A DNA stretch of 64,000 bases, taken from NCBI RefSeq assembly GCF_009914755.1, contig NC_060933.1. One strand, given 5' to 3'. A program made the position numbers and the translations under genes. Positions within the stretch are counted from its first letter, which is position 1. Every line of letters starts with the position of its first letter. The notes under the pieces were generated by a model. The model worked only from the letters and a program-made list of their open reading frames with translations. It did not search any database and had not been told where the DNA came from. Positions 1 to 14,300 of this stretch are shown here, piece by piece. Source of the stretch: the human T2T-CHM13v2.0 reference genome, Homo sapiens.

Positions 1-2333
1 CACTCGGGTTGATTCCATTCTATTAGTTTCCATTCCATTCCATTCCCTTCCATTCCACTCTGGTTGATTCCATTCCTTTCCATTCCACTCGAATAGATTC
101 CCTCCTATTCCACTCGGAACGATTCCATTCCATTCCATTCCATTCCATTCCATTCCATTCCATTCCATTTCGTACCATTCCATTCTATTCCGTATCATTC
201 CATTCCATTCCATTCCATTCCATTCCATTCCATTCCATTCCATTCCATTCCATTGTACTCGGGTTGATTCCATTCCATTGCATTCCATTCCATTCCATTC
301 CATTCCATTCCATTCCATTCCGTTGCATTCCATTCCATTACATTCGGATTGATTCTATTCAACTCCCTTACTCTCCATTACATTCCATTCCATTCGGGTT
401 GTTCCATTCCATTCCATTCCATTCCACTCCATTCCATTGCACTCGGGTTGATTCCATTCCATTCCATTCCATTCCATTCCATTCCGGATGATTCCATTCC
501 ATTGCATTCCGTTCCATTACATTCCCCTGCACTCGCGTTGATTCCATTCCATTCCATTCCATTCCATTCAATTCCATTCCATTACAATTAGTTCCATTCC
601 ATTCTATTCCGTACCATTCCCTTCCATTCCATACCATTCCATTCCATTCCATTCCGTTCCATTCCGTTCCATTCCATTCCATTCCATTCTATTCGGATTA
701 ATTCCATTCCATTCCATTCCATTCCATTCTATTCCATTCCATTGCAATCGAGTTGAATCCATTGCATTTCATTCCATTCCATTCCATTCCATTCCATTCC
801 ATTCCATTCCGGAAGTTTCCGTTCCATTGCATTCCATTCCATTCCATTCCATTCCGTTCCGTTCCATTCCATTCCATTCCATTCCGTTCCGTTCCATTCT
901 ATTCCACTGCATTCTATTCTGGTTAATTCCATTCCATTCCATTCGATTGCAATCGAGTTGATTCCATTCCATTCCATTCCATTCCATTCCATTCCATTCC
1001 ATTCCTTTCCATTCCATTACGGATGATTCCATTCCATTGCATTCCATTCCATTCCATTCCCCTGTACTCGGGTTGATTCCATTCCATTCCATTCCAATCC
1101 ATGCCATTCCACTCGTGTTGATTCCATTCTTTCCATTCCATTCAAGTTGAATACATTCCATTGCATTCCATTCCATTCCATTCCCCTGCAGTCGGGTTGA
1201 TTCCATTCCATTCCATTCCATTCCATTCCATTCCATTCCAATCAAGTTGATTCCATTCCATTCCATTCCATTCCATTCCATTCCATTCCACTCCATTCCA
1301 GTCCTTTCCATTCCATTCCACTCGGGTTGATTCCAATGTATTCCTTTCCATTCCATTCCATTCCATTGCAATCGAGTTGATTCCATTGCTTTGCATTCCA
1401 TTCCATTCCATTCCATTCCGGATGATTCCATTCCATTGCATTCCATTCCATTCCATTCCCCTGCACTCGGGTTGATTCCATTCCATTCCACTCCATTCCA
1501 TTCCATTCCATTCCATTCCATTCTATTGTATTCGGGTTAATTCCATTCTATTCCATTCCATTCCATTCCATTCCATTCCATTCCATTCCATTACAATCGA
1601 GTTGATTCCATTCCATTCCATTCCATTCCAGTCCTTTCCATTCCATTCCTCTCGGGTTGATTCCATTCTATTAGTTTCCATTCCATTCCATTCCCTTCCA
1701 TTCCACTCTGGTTGATTCCATTCCTTTCCATTCCACTCGAATACATTCCCTCCTATTCCACTCGGAACGATTCCATTCCATTCCATTCCATTCCATTCCA
1801 TTCCATTCCATTGTACTCGGGTTTATTCCATTCCATTGCATTCCATTCCATTCCATTCCATTCCATTCCGTTGCATTCCATTCCATTACATTCGGATTGA
1901 TTCTATTCAACTCCCTTACTCTCCATTACATTCCATTCCATTCGGGTTGTTCCATTCCATTCCATTCCATTCAACTCCATTCCATTGCACTCGGGTTGAT
2001 TCCATTCCATTCCATTCCATTCCATTCCATTCCATTCCATTCCATTCCGAATGATTCCATTCCATTGCATTCCGTTCCATTACATTCCCCTGCACTCGCG
2101 TTGATTCCATTCCATTCCATTCCATTCCATTCCATTCCATTCAATTCCATTCCATTACAATTCGTTCCATTCCATTGTATTCCGTACCATTCCATTCCAT
2201 TCCGTACCATTCCATTCCATTCTATTCGGGTTAATTCCATTCCATTCCATTCCATTCCATTCTATTCCATTCCATTGCAATCGAGTTGAATCCATTGCAT
2301 TTCATTCCATTCCATTCCATTCCATTCCATTCC

Positions 2334-2348
2334 ATTCCGGAAGATTCC
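2334..2348. promoter_or_regulatory. Representative perfect heat-shock element aTTCcgGAAgaTTCc (approx. 37 copies in window)
   Basis: It matches the canonical nTTCnnGAAnnTTCn HSF1 trimer consensus. This is a sequence match only; binding at this locus is not shown. Confidence 0.6.
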
Positions 2349-5300
2349 ATTCCAATTCATTCCATTCCATTCCATTCCCCTGCACTCGCGTTGATTCCAT
2401 TCCATTCCATTCCATTCCAATCCATTCCATTCCGTTCCGTTCCATTCCTTTCCGTTCCATTCCATTCCATTCCATTCCTTTCCGTTCCATTCCATTCCAT
2501 TCCATTCTATTCGGGTTAATTCCATTCCATTCCATTCGATTGCAATCGAGTTGATTCCATTCCATTCCATTCCATTCCATTCCATTCCATTCCTTTCCAT
2601 TCCATTACGGATGATTCCATTCCATTGCATTCCATTCCATTCCATTCCCCTGTACTCGGGTTGATTCCATTCCATTCCATTCCAATCCATGCCATTTCGC
2701 TCTTGTTGATTCCATTCTTTCCATTCCATTCAAGTTGAATCCATTCCATTGCATTCCATTCCATTCGATTCCATTCGATTGCACTCGGGTTGATTCCATT
2801 CCATTGCATTCCATTCCATTCCATTTCATTCCATTCCATTCCTTTCCATTCCATTCCATTCCATTCCTTTCCATTCCATTCCATTCCGTTCCATTCCATT
2901 GCAATCGAGTTGATTCCATTCCATTCCTTTCCATTCCATTCCATTGCCTTGCATTCCAGTCGGGTTGATTCCATTCCCTTCTTTCCACTCCATTACATTC
3001 CCTTCCATTCCACTCGGAATGATTGATTCCATTCCATTCCATTCCATTTCATTCCATTGCAATCCATTCCAATCCATTCCATTCCATTCCATTCCACTCG
3101 AGTTGATTTCATTCCATTCCTTTCCATTCCATTCCATTCCTTTCCACTCGAGTTGATTCCATTACATTCCATTCCATTGCATTCCGTTCCATGCCATTCC
3201 ACTCGGGTTGATTCCATTCCATTCCATTCCATTCCATTCAATTCCGTTGCATTCCATTCCATTCCTTTCCCCTGCACTCGGGTTGATTCCATTCCATTCC
3301 ATTCCATTTAATTCTATTCCATTCCATTCCATTCCATTCCAATCCGTTCCATTCCATTCCATTCTATTCCATTGCAATCGACTTGATTCCATTCCATTCC
3401 ATTCCATTCCATTCTATTCCATTCCGTTCCATTCCATTCCATTTTTTTCCAATCCATTCTATTCCGAACCATTCCATTCCATTCCATTCCATTCCAGCCA
3501 TTCCACTCGGGTTGATTCCATTCCTTTCCATTCCATTCGGGTTGAATCCATTCCACTCCATTCCATTCCATTCGAATCCATTCCATTGCACTCGGGTTGA
3601 TTCCATTCCATTCCATTCCATTCGATTCCATTCCATTCCATTCCATTCCGTTCCATTCCATTGCATTACATTCACATTGATTCTATTCAATTCCCTTACA
3701 CTCCATTATATTCCAATCCATTCTGGTTGTTTCCATTCCATTCCATTCCATTTCACTCCATTCCATTGCACTCGGTTTGATTCCATTCCATTCCATTCCA
3801 TTCCATTCCGGATGATTCCATTCCATTGCATTCCATTCCATTCCATTCCCCTGCACTCAGGTTGATTCCATTCCATTCCATTCCACTCCATTCGGTTCCA
3901 TTCCATTCCATTCTATTGCATTCCATTCTATTCGGGTTAATTCCATTCCATTCTATTCCATTCCATTCCATTCCATTCCATTGCAATGGAGTTGATTCCA
4001 TTCCATTCCATTCCATTCCGGATGATTCCATTCCATTGCATTCCATTCCATTCCATTCCCCTGCACTCGTGTTGATTCCATTACCTTCCATTCCATTCCA
4101 TTCCGTTCCATTCCATTGCATTCCATTCTATTCCGGTTAATTCCATTCCATTCCATTCCATTCCATTCCATTGCAATCGAGTTGATTGCATTCCATTCCT
4201 TTCCATTCCATTCCATTGCCTTGCATTCCAATCGGATTGATTCCATTCCCTTCTTTCCACTCCATTACATTCCCTTCCATTCCACTCGGAATGATTGATT
4301 CCATTCCATTCCATTCCATTTCATTCCGTTGCAATCCATTCCAATCTATTCCATTCCATTCCATTCCAGTCGAGTTGATTTCATTCCATTCCTTTCCATT
4401 CCATTCCATTCCTTTCCACTCGAGTTCATTCCATTCCATTCCATTCCATTGCATTCCATTCCATGCCATTCCACTCGGGTTGATTCCATTCCTTTGCATT
4501 CCATTCCATTCCATTCCATTCCATTCCATTCCATTCCGTTGCATTCCATTCCATTACATTCGGATTGATTCTATTCAACTCCCTTACTCTCCATTACATT
4601 CCATTCCATTCGGGTTGTTCCATTCCATTCCATTCCATTCCACTCCATTCCATTGCACTCGGGTTGATTCCATTCCATTCCATTCCATTCCATTCCATCC
4701 CGGATGATTCCATTCCATTGCATTCCGTTCCATTACATTCCCCTGCACTCGCGTTGATTCCATTCCATTCCATTCCATTCCATTCAATTCCATTCCATTA
4801 CAATTCGTTCCATTCCATTCTATTCCGTACCATTCCATTCCATTCCATACCATTCCATTCCATTCCATTCCATTCCATTCCATTCCGTTCCATTCCGTTC
4901 CATTCCATTCCATTCGATTCTATTCGGGTTAATTCCATTCCATTCCATTCCATTCCATTCCATTCCATTCCGTTCCGTTCCGTTCCGTTCCATTCCATTC
5001 CATTCCATTCCGTTCCGTTCCGTTCCATTCCATTCCATTCCATTCTATTCGGGTTAATTCCATTCCATTCCATTCGATTGCAATCGTGTTGATTCCATTC
5101 CATTCCATTCCATTCCATTCCATTCCTTTCCATTCCATTACGGATGATTCCATTCCATTGCATTCCATTCCATTCCATTACCCTGTACTCGGGTTGATTC
5201 CATTCCATTCCATTCCAATCCATGCCATTCCACTCGTGTTGATTCCATTCTTTCCATTCCATTCAAGTTGAATCCATTCCATTGCATTCCATTCCATTCG

Positions 5301-8300
5301 ATTCCATTCGATTTCAGTCGGGTTGATTCCATTCCGTTGCATTCCATTCCATTCCATTCCATTCCATTCCATTCCATTCTGTTCCATTCCATTCCATTAC
5401 ATTCGGATTTATTCTATTCAATTCCCTTACACTCCATTACATTCCATTCCATTCGGGTAGTTTCCATTCCATTCCATTCCATTCCTCTCCATTCCATTGC
5501 ACTCGGGTTGATTCCATTGCATTGCATCCCATTCCATTCCATTCAATTCCATTCCGTTCCATTCCATTCCATTACTTTCGGATTGATTTTATTCAACTCC
5601 CTTAGTCTCCATTAGATTCCATTCCATTCGGGTTGTTCCATTCCATTCCATTCCATTCCACTCCATTCCATTGCACTCGGGTTTATTCCATTCCATTCCA
5701 ATCCATTCCATTCAATTCCATTCCATTCCGGAAGACTCCATTCCATTGCATTCCATTCCATTCCATTCCCCTGCACTCGCGTTGATTCCATTCCATTCCA
5801 TTCCATTCCATTCCATTCCATTCCATTCCATTCCCTTCCTTTCCGTTCCATTCCATTCCATTCCATTCCATTCCATTCCATTCCGTTCCGTTCCATTCCA
5901 TTCCATTCCATTCTATTCGGGTTAATTCCATTCCATTCCATTCGATTGCAATCGAGTTGATTCCATTCCATTCCATTCCATTCCATTCCATTCCATTCCA
6001 TTCCTTTCCATTCCATTACGGATGATTCCATTCCATTGCATTCCATTCCATTCCATTCCCCTGTACTCGGGTTGATTCCATTCCATTCCATTCCAATCCA
6101 TGCCATTCCACTCGTGTTGATTCCATTCTTTCCATTCCATTCAAGTTGAATCCATTCCATTGCATTCCATTCTATTCCATTCCATTCCATTCCATTCCAT
6201 TCCATTCCGTTCCATTCCATTCCATTACATTCGGATTGATTCTATTCAATTCCCTTACACTCCATTAGAGTCCATTCCATTCGGGTAGTTTCCATTCCAT
6301 TCCATTCCATTCCTCTCCATTCCATTGAACTCGGGTTGATTCCATTCCATTGCATTCCATTCCATTCCATTCAATTCCATTCCGTTCCATTCCATTCCAT
6401 TACATTCGGATTGATTCTATTCAACTCCCTTACTCTCCATTACATTCCATTCCATTCGGGTTGTTCTATTCCATTCCGTTCCATTCCATTCCACTCCATT
6501 CCATTGCACTCGGGTTTATTCCATTCCATTCCATTCCATTCCATTCCATTGCATTCCATTCCATTCCGGAAGATTCCTTTCCATTGCATTCCATTCGATT
6601 TCATTCCCCTGCACTCGCGTTGATTCCATTCCATTCCATTCCATTCCATTCCATTCCATTCCATTCCATTCCATTCCTTTCCGTTCCATTCCATTCCATT
6701 CCATTCCAATCCATTCCATTCCGTTCCGTTCCGTTCCATGCCATTCCATTCCATTCTATTCGGGTTAATTCCATTCCATTCCATTCGATTGCAATCGAGT
6801 TGATTCCATTCCATTGCATTCCATTCCATTCCATTCCATTCCTTTCCATTCCATTACGGATGATTCCATTCCATTGCATTCCATTCCATTCCATTCCCCT
6901 GTACTCGGGTTGAATCCATTCCATTCCATTCCAATCCATGCCATTCCACTCCTATTGATTCTATTCTTTCCATTCCATTCAAGTTGAATCCATTCCATTG
7001 CATTCCATTCCATTCCATTCCCCGGCAGTCGGGTTGTTTCCATTCCATTCCATTCCATTCCATTCCGTTCCGTTCCGTTCCATTCCATTCCATTCCATTC
7101 TATTCTGGTTAATTCCATTCCATTCCATTCCATTCCAATCGAGTTGATTCCATTCCATTCCATTCCATTCCGGATGATTCCATTCCATTGCATTCCATTC
7201 CATTCCATTCCATTTTATTCGGGTTAATTCCATTCCATTCCATTCCGTTCCATTCCATTCCATTCCATTACAATCGAGTTGATTCCATTCCATTCCATTC
7301 CATTCCATTCCATTCCAGTCCTTTCCATTCCATTCCACTCGGGTTGATTCCATTCTATTAGTTTCCATTCCATTCCATTCCCTTCCATTCCACTCTGGTT
7401 GATTCCATTCCTTTCCATTCCACTCGAATACATTCCCTCCTATTCCACTCGGAACGATTCCATTCCATTCCATTCCATTCCATTCCATTCCATTCCATTC
7501 CATTTCGTTCCATTCCATTCTATTCCGTATCATTCAGTTCCATTCCATTCCATTGCATTCCATTCCATTCCATTCCACTCGTGTTGATTTCATTCCTTTC
7601 CATTCCATTCGGTTTGAAGGCATTCCATTCCATTCCATTCCATTCCATTCCATTCCATTCCATCGTACTCGGGTTGATTCCATTCCATTGCATTCCATTC
7701 CATTCCATTCCATTCCATTCCGTTGCATTCCATTCCATTACATTCGGATTGATTCTATTCAACTCCCTTACTCTCCATCACATTCCATTCCATTCGGGTT
7801 GTTCCATTCCATTCCATTCCATTCCACTCCATTCCATTGCACTCGGATTGATTCCATTCCATTCCATTCCATTCCATTCAATTCCATTCCTTTCCGGATG
7901 ATTCCATTCCATTGCATTCCGTTCCATTACATTCCCCTGCACTCGCGTTGATTCCATTCCATTCCATTCCATTCCATTCAATTCCATTCCATTACAATTC
8001 GTTCCATTCCATTCTATTCCGTACCATTCCATTCCATTCCATACCATTCCATTCCATTCCATTCCATTCCATTCCATTCCATTCCGTTCCATTCCGTTCC
8101 ATTCCATTCCATTCCATTCTATTCGGGTTAATTCCTTTCCATTCCATTCCATTCCATTCCATTCCATTCCATTCTATTCCATTCCATTGCAATCGAGTTG
8201 AATCCATTGCATTTCATTCAATTCCATTCCATTCCATTCCGGAAGATTCCATTCCATTGCATTCCATTCCATTCCATTCCCCTGCACTCGCGTTGATTCC

Positions 8301-11300
8301 ATTCCATTCCATTCCATTCCATTCCATTCCGTTCCGTTCCATTCCATTCCATTCCATTCTATTCGGGTTAATTCCATTCCATTCCATTCGATTGCAATCG
8401 AGTTGATTCCATTCCATTCCATTCCATTCCATTCCGTTCCATTCAATTCCTTTCCATTCCATTACGGATGATTCCATTCCATTGCATTCCATTCCATTCC
8501 ATTCCCCTGTACTCGGGTTGATTCCATTCCATTCCCTTCCAATCCATGCCATTCCACTCGTGTTGATTCCATTCTTTCCATTCCATTCAAGTTGAATCCA
8601 TTCCATTGCATTCCATTCCATTCGATTCCATTCGATTGCACTCGGGTTGATTCCATTCCATTGCATTCCATTCCATTCCATTCCATTCCATTGCATTCCA
8701 TTCCTTTCCATTCCATTTCATTACATTCAGATTGATTCTATTCAATTCCCTTACACTCCATTATATTCCAATCCATTCTGGTTGTTTCCATTCCATTCCA
8801 TTCCATTTCACTCCATTCCATTGCACTCGGGTTGATTCCATTCCATTGCATTCCATTCCATTCCATTCCGGATGATTCCATTCCATTGCATTCCTTTCCA
8901 TTCCATTCCCCTGCACTCGGGTTGATTCCATTCCATTCCATTCCATTACATTCCGTTCCATTCCATTCCATTCCATTCGGATTGATTCTATTCAATTCCC
9001 TTACACTCCAATGCATTCCATTCCATTCGGGTAGTTTCCATTCCATTCCATTCCATTCCTCTCCATTCCATTGCACTCGGGTTGATTCCATTCCATTCCA
9101 TTCCATTCCATTACATTACATTACATTACATTTCGTTCCATTGTACTCGGGTTGATTCCATTCCATTGCATTCCATTCCATTCCATTCCATTAAATCCCA
9201 TTCCATTCCATTCCATTCCGTTCCATTCCATTACATTCGGATTGATTCTATTCAACTCCCTAACTCTCCATTACATTCCATTCCATTCGGGTTGTACCAT
9301 TCCATTCCATTCCATTCCACTCCATTCCATTGCACTCGGGTTGATTCCATTCCATTCCATTCCATTCAATTCCATTGCATTCCGTTCCATTACATTCCCC
9401 TGCACTCGGGTTGATTCCATTCCATTCCATTCCATTCCATTCGATTCCATTCCATTCCAATTCTTTCCATTCCATTCTATTCCGTACCATTCCATTCCAT
9501 TCCATTCAATTCCATTCCATTCCACTCCGTTCCGTTCCGTTCCGTTCCGTTACGTTCCATTCCATTCCATTCCATTCTATTCGGTTTAATTCCATTCCAT
9601 TCCATTCCATTCCATTCTATTCCATTCCATTGCAATCGAGTTGAATCCATTGCATTCCATTCCATTCCATTCCATTCCATTCCGGAAGATTCCATTCCAT
9701 TGCATTCCATTCCATTCCATTCCATTCCATTCCATTCCATTCCATTGTACTCGGGTTGATTCCATTCCATTGCATTCCATTCCATTCCAATCCATTCCAT
9801 TCCATTCCATTCCATTCCGTTGCATTCCATTCCATTACATTCGGATTGATTCTATTCAACTCCCTTACTCTCCATTACATTCCATTCCATTTGTGTTGTT
9901 CCATTCCATTCCATTCCATTCCACTCCATTCCATTGCACTCGGGTTTATTCCATTCCATTCCATTCCATTCCATTCCATTCCATTCCATTCCATTCCGGA
10001 AGATTCCATTCCATTGCATTCCATTCCATTCCATTCCCCTGCACTCGCGTTGATTCCATTCCATTCCATTCCATTCCATTCCATTCCATTCCATTCCATT
10101 CCATTCCTTTCCGTTCCATTCCATTCCATTCCATTCCATTCCATTCCGTTCCGTTCCGTTCCGTTCCGTTCCATTCCATTCCATTGCATTCTATTCGGGT
10201 TAACTCCATTCCATTCCATTCGATTGCAATCGAGTTGATTCCATTCCATTCCATTCCATTCCATTCCATTCCATTCCTTTCCATTCCATTACGGAAGATT
10301 CCATTCCATTGCATTCCAGTCCATTCCATTCCCCTGCACTCGCGTTGATTCCATTCCATTCCATTCCATTCCATTCCATTCCATTCCGTTCCGTTCCGTT
10401 CCGTTCCATTCCATTCCATTCCATTCTATTCGGGTTAATTCCATTCCATTCCATTCGATTGCAATCGTGTTGATTCCATTCCATTCCATTCCATTCCATT
10501 CCATTCCATTCCTTTCCATTCCATTACGGATGATTCCATTCCATTGCATTCCATTCCATTCCATTCCCCTGTACTCGGGTTGATTCCATTCCATTGCATT
10601 CCAATCCATGCCATTCCACTCGTGTTGATTCCATTCTTTCCATTCCATTCAAGTTGAATCCATTCCATTGCATTCCATTCCGTTCGATTCCATTCGATTG
10701 CACTCGGGTTGATTCCATTCCATTGCATTCCATTCCATTCCATTCCATTCCATTCCATTCCGTTCCATTCCATTCCATTACATTCGGATTGATTCTATTC
10801 AATTCCCTTACACTCCATTACATTCCATTCCATTCGGGTAGTTTCCATTCCATTCCATTCCATTCCTCTCCATTCCATTGCACTCGGGTTGATTCCATTC
10901 CATTGCATCCCATTCCATTCCATTCAATTCCATTCCGTTCCATTCCATTCCATTACATTCGGATTGATTCTATTCAACTCCCTTAGTCTCCATTACATTC
11001 CATTCCATTCGGGTTGTTCCATTCCATTCCATTCCATTCCATTCAATTCCATTCCATTCCGGAAGATTCCATTCCATTGCATTGCATTCCATTCCATTCC
11101 CCTGCACTAGCGTTGATTTCAATCCATTCCATTCCATTCCATTCCATTCCATTCCATTCCATTCCATTCCTTTCCATTCCATTCCATTCCATTCTATTCC
11201 ATTCCATTCCGTTCCGTTCCGTTCCGTTCCATTCCATTCCATTCCATTCTATTCGGGTTAATTTCATTCCATTCCATTCGATTGCAGTCGAGTTGATTCC

Positions 11301-14300
11301 ATTCCATTCCATTCCATTCCATTCCATTCCATTCCATTCCTTTCCATTCCATTACGGAAGATTCCATTCCATTGCATTCCATTCCATTCCATTCCCCTGT
11401 ACTCGGGTTGATTCCATTCCATTCCATTCCAATCCATGCCATTCCACTCGTGTTGATTCCATTCTTTCCATTCCATTCAAGTTGAATCCATTCCATTGCA
11501 TTCCATTCCATTCCATTCCCCTGCAGTCGGGTTGATTCCATTCCATTCCATTCCATTCCATTCCATTCCATTCCAATCAAGTTGATTCCATTCCATTCCA
11601 TTCCATTCCATTCCATTCCATTCCACTCCATTCCAGTCCTTTCCATTCCATTCCACTCGGGTTGATTCCAATGTATTCCTTTCCATTCCATTCCATTCCT
11701 TTGCAATCGAGTTGATTCCATTGCTTTGCATTCCATTCCATTCCATTCCATTCCGGATGATTCCATTCCATTGCATTCCATTCCATTCCATTCCCCTGCA
11801 CTCGGGTTGATTCCATTCCATTCCACTCCATTCAATTCCATTCCATTCCATTATATTGTATTCGGGTTAATTCCATTCCATTCCGTTCCATTCCATTCCA
11901 TTCCATTACAATCGAGTTGATTCCATTCCATTCCATTCCATTCCAGTCCTTTCCATTCCAATCCACTCGGGTTGATTCCATTCTATTAGTTTCCATTCCA
12001 TTCCATTCCCTTCCATTCCACTCTGGTTGATTCCATTCCTTTCCATTCCACTCGAATACATTCCCTCCTATTCCACTCGGAACGATTCCATTCCATTCCA
12101 TTCCATTCCATTCCATTCCATTCCATTCCATTCCATTTCGTTCCATTCCATTCTATTCCGTATCATTCCATTCCATTCCATTCCATTCCATTCCATTCCA
12201 TTCCATTGTACTCCGGTTGATTCCATTCCATTGCATTCCATTCCATTCCATTCCATTCCATTCCGTTGCATTCCATTCCATTATATTCGGATTGATTCTA
12301 TTCAACTCCCTTACTCTCCATTACATTCCATTCCATTCGGGTTGTTCCATTCCTTTCCATTCCATTCCACTCCATTCCATTGCACTCGGGTTGATTCCAT
12401 TCCATTCCATTCCATTCCATTCCATTCCGGAAGATTCCATTCCATAGAATTCCATTCCATTCCATTCCCCTGCACTCGCGTTGATTCCATTCCATTCCAT
12501 TCCATTCCATTCCATTCCATTCCTTTCCGTTCCATTCCATTCCATTCCATTCCATTCCATTCCATTCCGTTGTGTTCCATTCCATTCCATTCCATTCCAT
12601 TCCATTGCATTCCATTCGGGTTAATTCCATTCCAATCCATTCGATTGCAATCGAGTTGATTCCATTCCATTCCATTCCATTCCATTCCATTCCATTCCAT
12701 TCCTTTCCATTCCATTACGGATGATTCCATTCCATTGCATTCCATTCCATTCCATTCCCCTCTACTCGGGTTCATTCCATTCCATTCCATTACAATCCAT
12801 GCCATTCCACTCGTGTTGATTCCATTCTTTCCATTCCATTCAAGTTGAATCCATTCCATTGCATTCCATTCCATTCCATTCCCCTGCAGTCGCGTTGATT
12901 CCATTCCATTCCATTCCATTCCATTCCATTCCATTCCATTCCGTTCCGTTCCATTCCGTTCCATTCCATTCCTTTCCATTCTATTCGGGTTAATTCCGTT
13001 CCATTCCATTCCATTCCATTCCAATCGAGTTGATTCCATTCCATTCCATTCCATTCCATTCCACTCCATTCCAGTCCTTTCCATTCCATTGCACTCGGGT
13101 GGATTCCAATGTATTCCTTTCCATTCCATTCCATTCCATTGCAATCGAGTTGATTCCATTGCTTTGCATTCCATTCCATTCCATTCCATTCCGGATGATT
13201 CCATTCCATTGCATTCCATTCCATTCCATTCCGCTGCACTCGGGTTGATTCCATTCCATTCCACTCCATTCCGTTCCATTCCATTCCATTCCATTTTATT
13301 CGGGTTAATTCCATTCCATTCCATTCCATTCCATTCCATTCCATTCTATTCCATTCCATTCCATTACAATCGAGTTGATTCCATTCCATTCCATTCCATT
13401 CCATTCCAGTCCTTTCCATTCCATTCCACTCGAGTTGATTCCATTCTATTAGTTACCATTCCATTCCATTCCCTTCCATTCCAATCTGGTTGATTCCATT
13501 CCTTTCCATTCCACTCGAATACATTCCCTCCTATTCCACTCGGAACGATTCCATTCCATTCCATTCCATTCCATTCCATTCCATTCCAGTTCGTTCCATT
13601 CCGTTCTATTCCGTACCATTCCATTGCATTCCATTCCTTTCCATTCCATTCCTTTCCACTCGTGTTGATTCCATTCCTTTCCATTCCATTCGGTTTGAAG
13701 GCCTTCCATTCCATTCAATTCCATTCCATTCCATTCCTTTCCATCCCATTCTATTCCATTCCATTGCAATCGAGTTGAATCCATTGCCTTTCATTCCATT
13801 CCATTCCATTCCATTCCATTCCGGAAGATTCCATTCCATTGCATTCCATTCCATTCCGTTCCCCTGCACTCGCGTTGATTCCATTCCATTCCATTCCATT
13901 CCATTCCGTTCCGTTCCATTCCATTCCATTCCATTCCATTCCATTCCGTTCCGTTCCATTCCATTCCATTCCATTCTATTCGAGTTAATTCCATTCCATT
14001 CCATTCGATTGCCATCGAGTTGATTCCATTCCATTCCATTCCATTCCATTCCATTCCATTCCTTTCCATTCCATTACGGATGACTCTATTCCATTGCATT
14101 CCATTCCATTCCATTCCCCTGTATTCGGGTTGATTCCATTCCATTCCATTCCACTCCATTCGGTTCCGTTGCATTCCATTCTATTGCATTCCATTCTATT
14201 CGGGTTAATTCCATTCCATTCTATTCCATTCCATTCCATTCCATTCCATTGCAATCGAGTTGATTCCATTGCTTTGCATTCCATTCCATTCCATTCCATT

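Noticed and set aside
3441-3450. T7 run (also 19290, 24394) as a terminator or retro-insertion tail
   Set aside because: Paralogs read TTTTGTTCC or TTTTGCTCC (31900, 31825, 52040), so it is a point-mutation product that keeps the 5-bp register.
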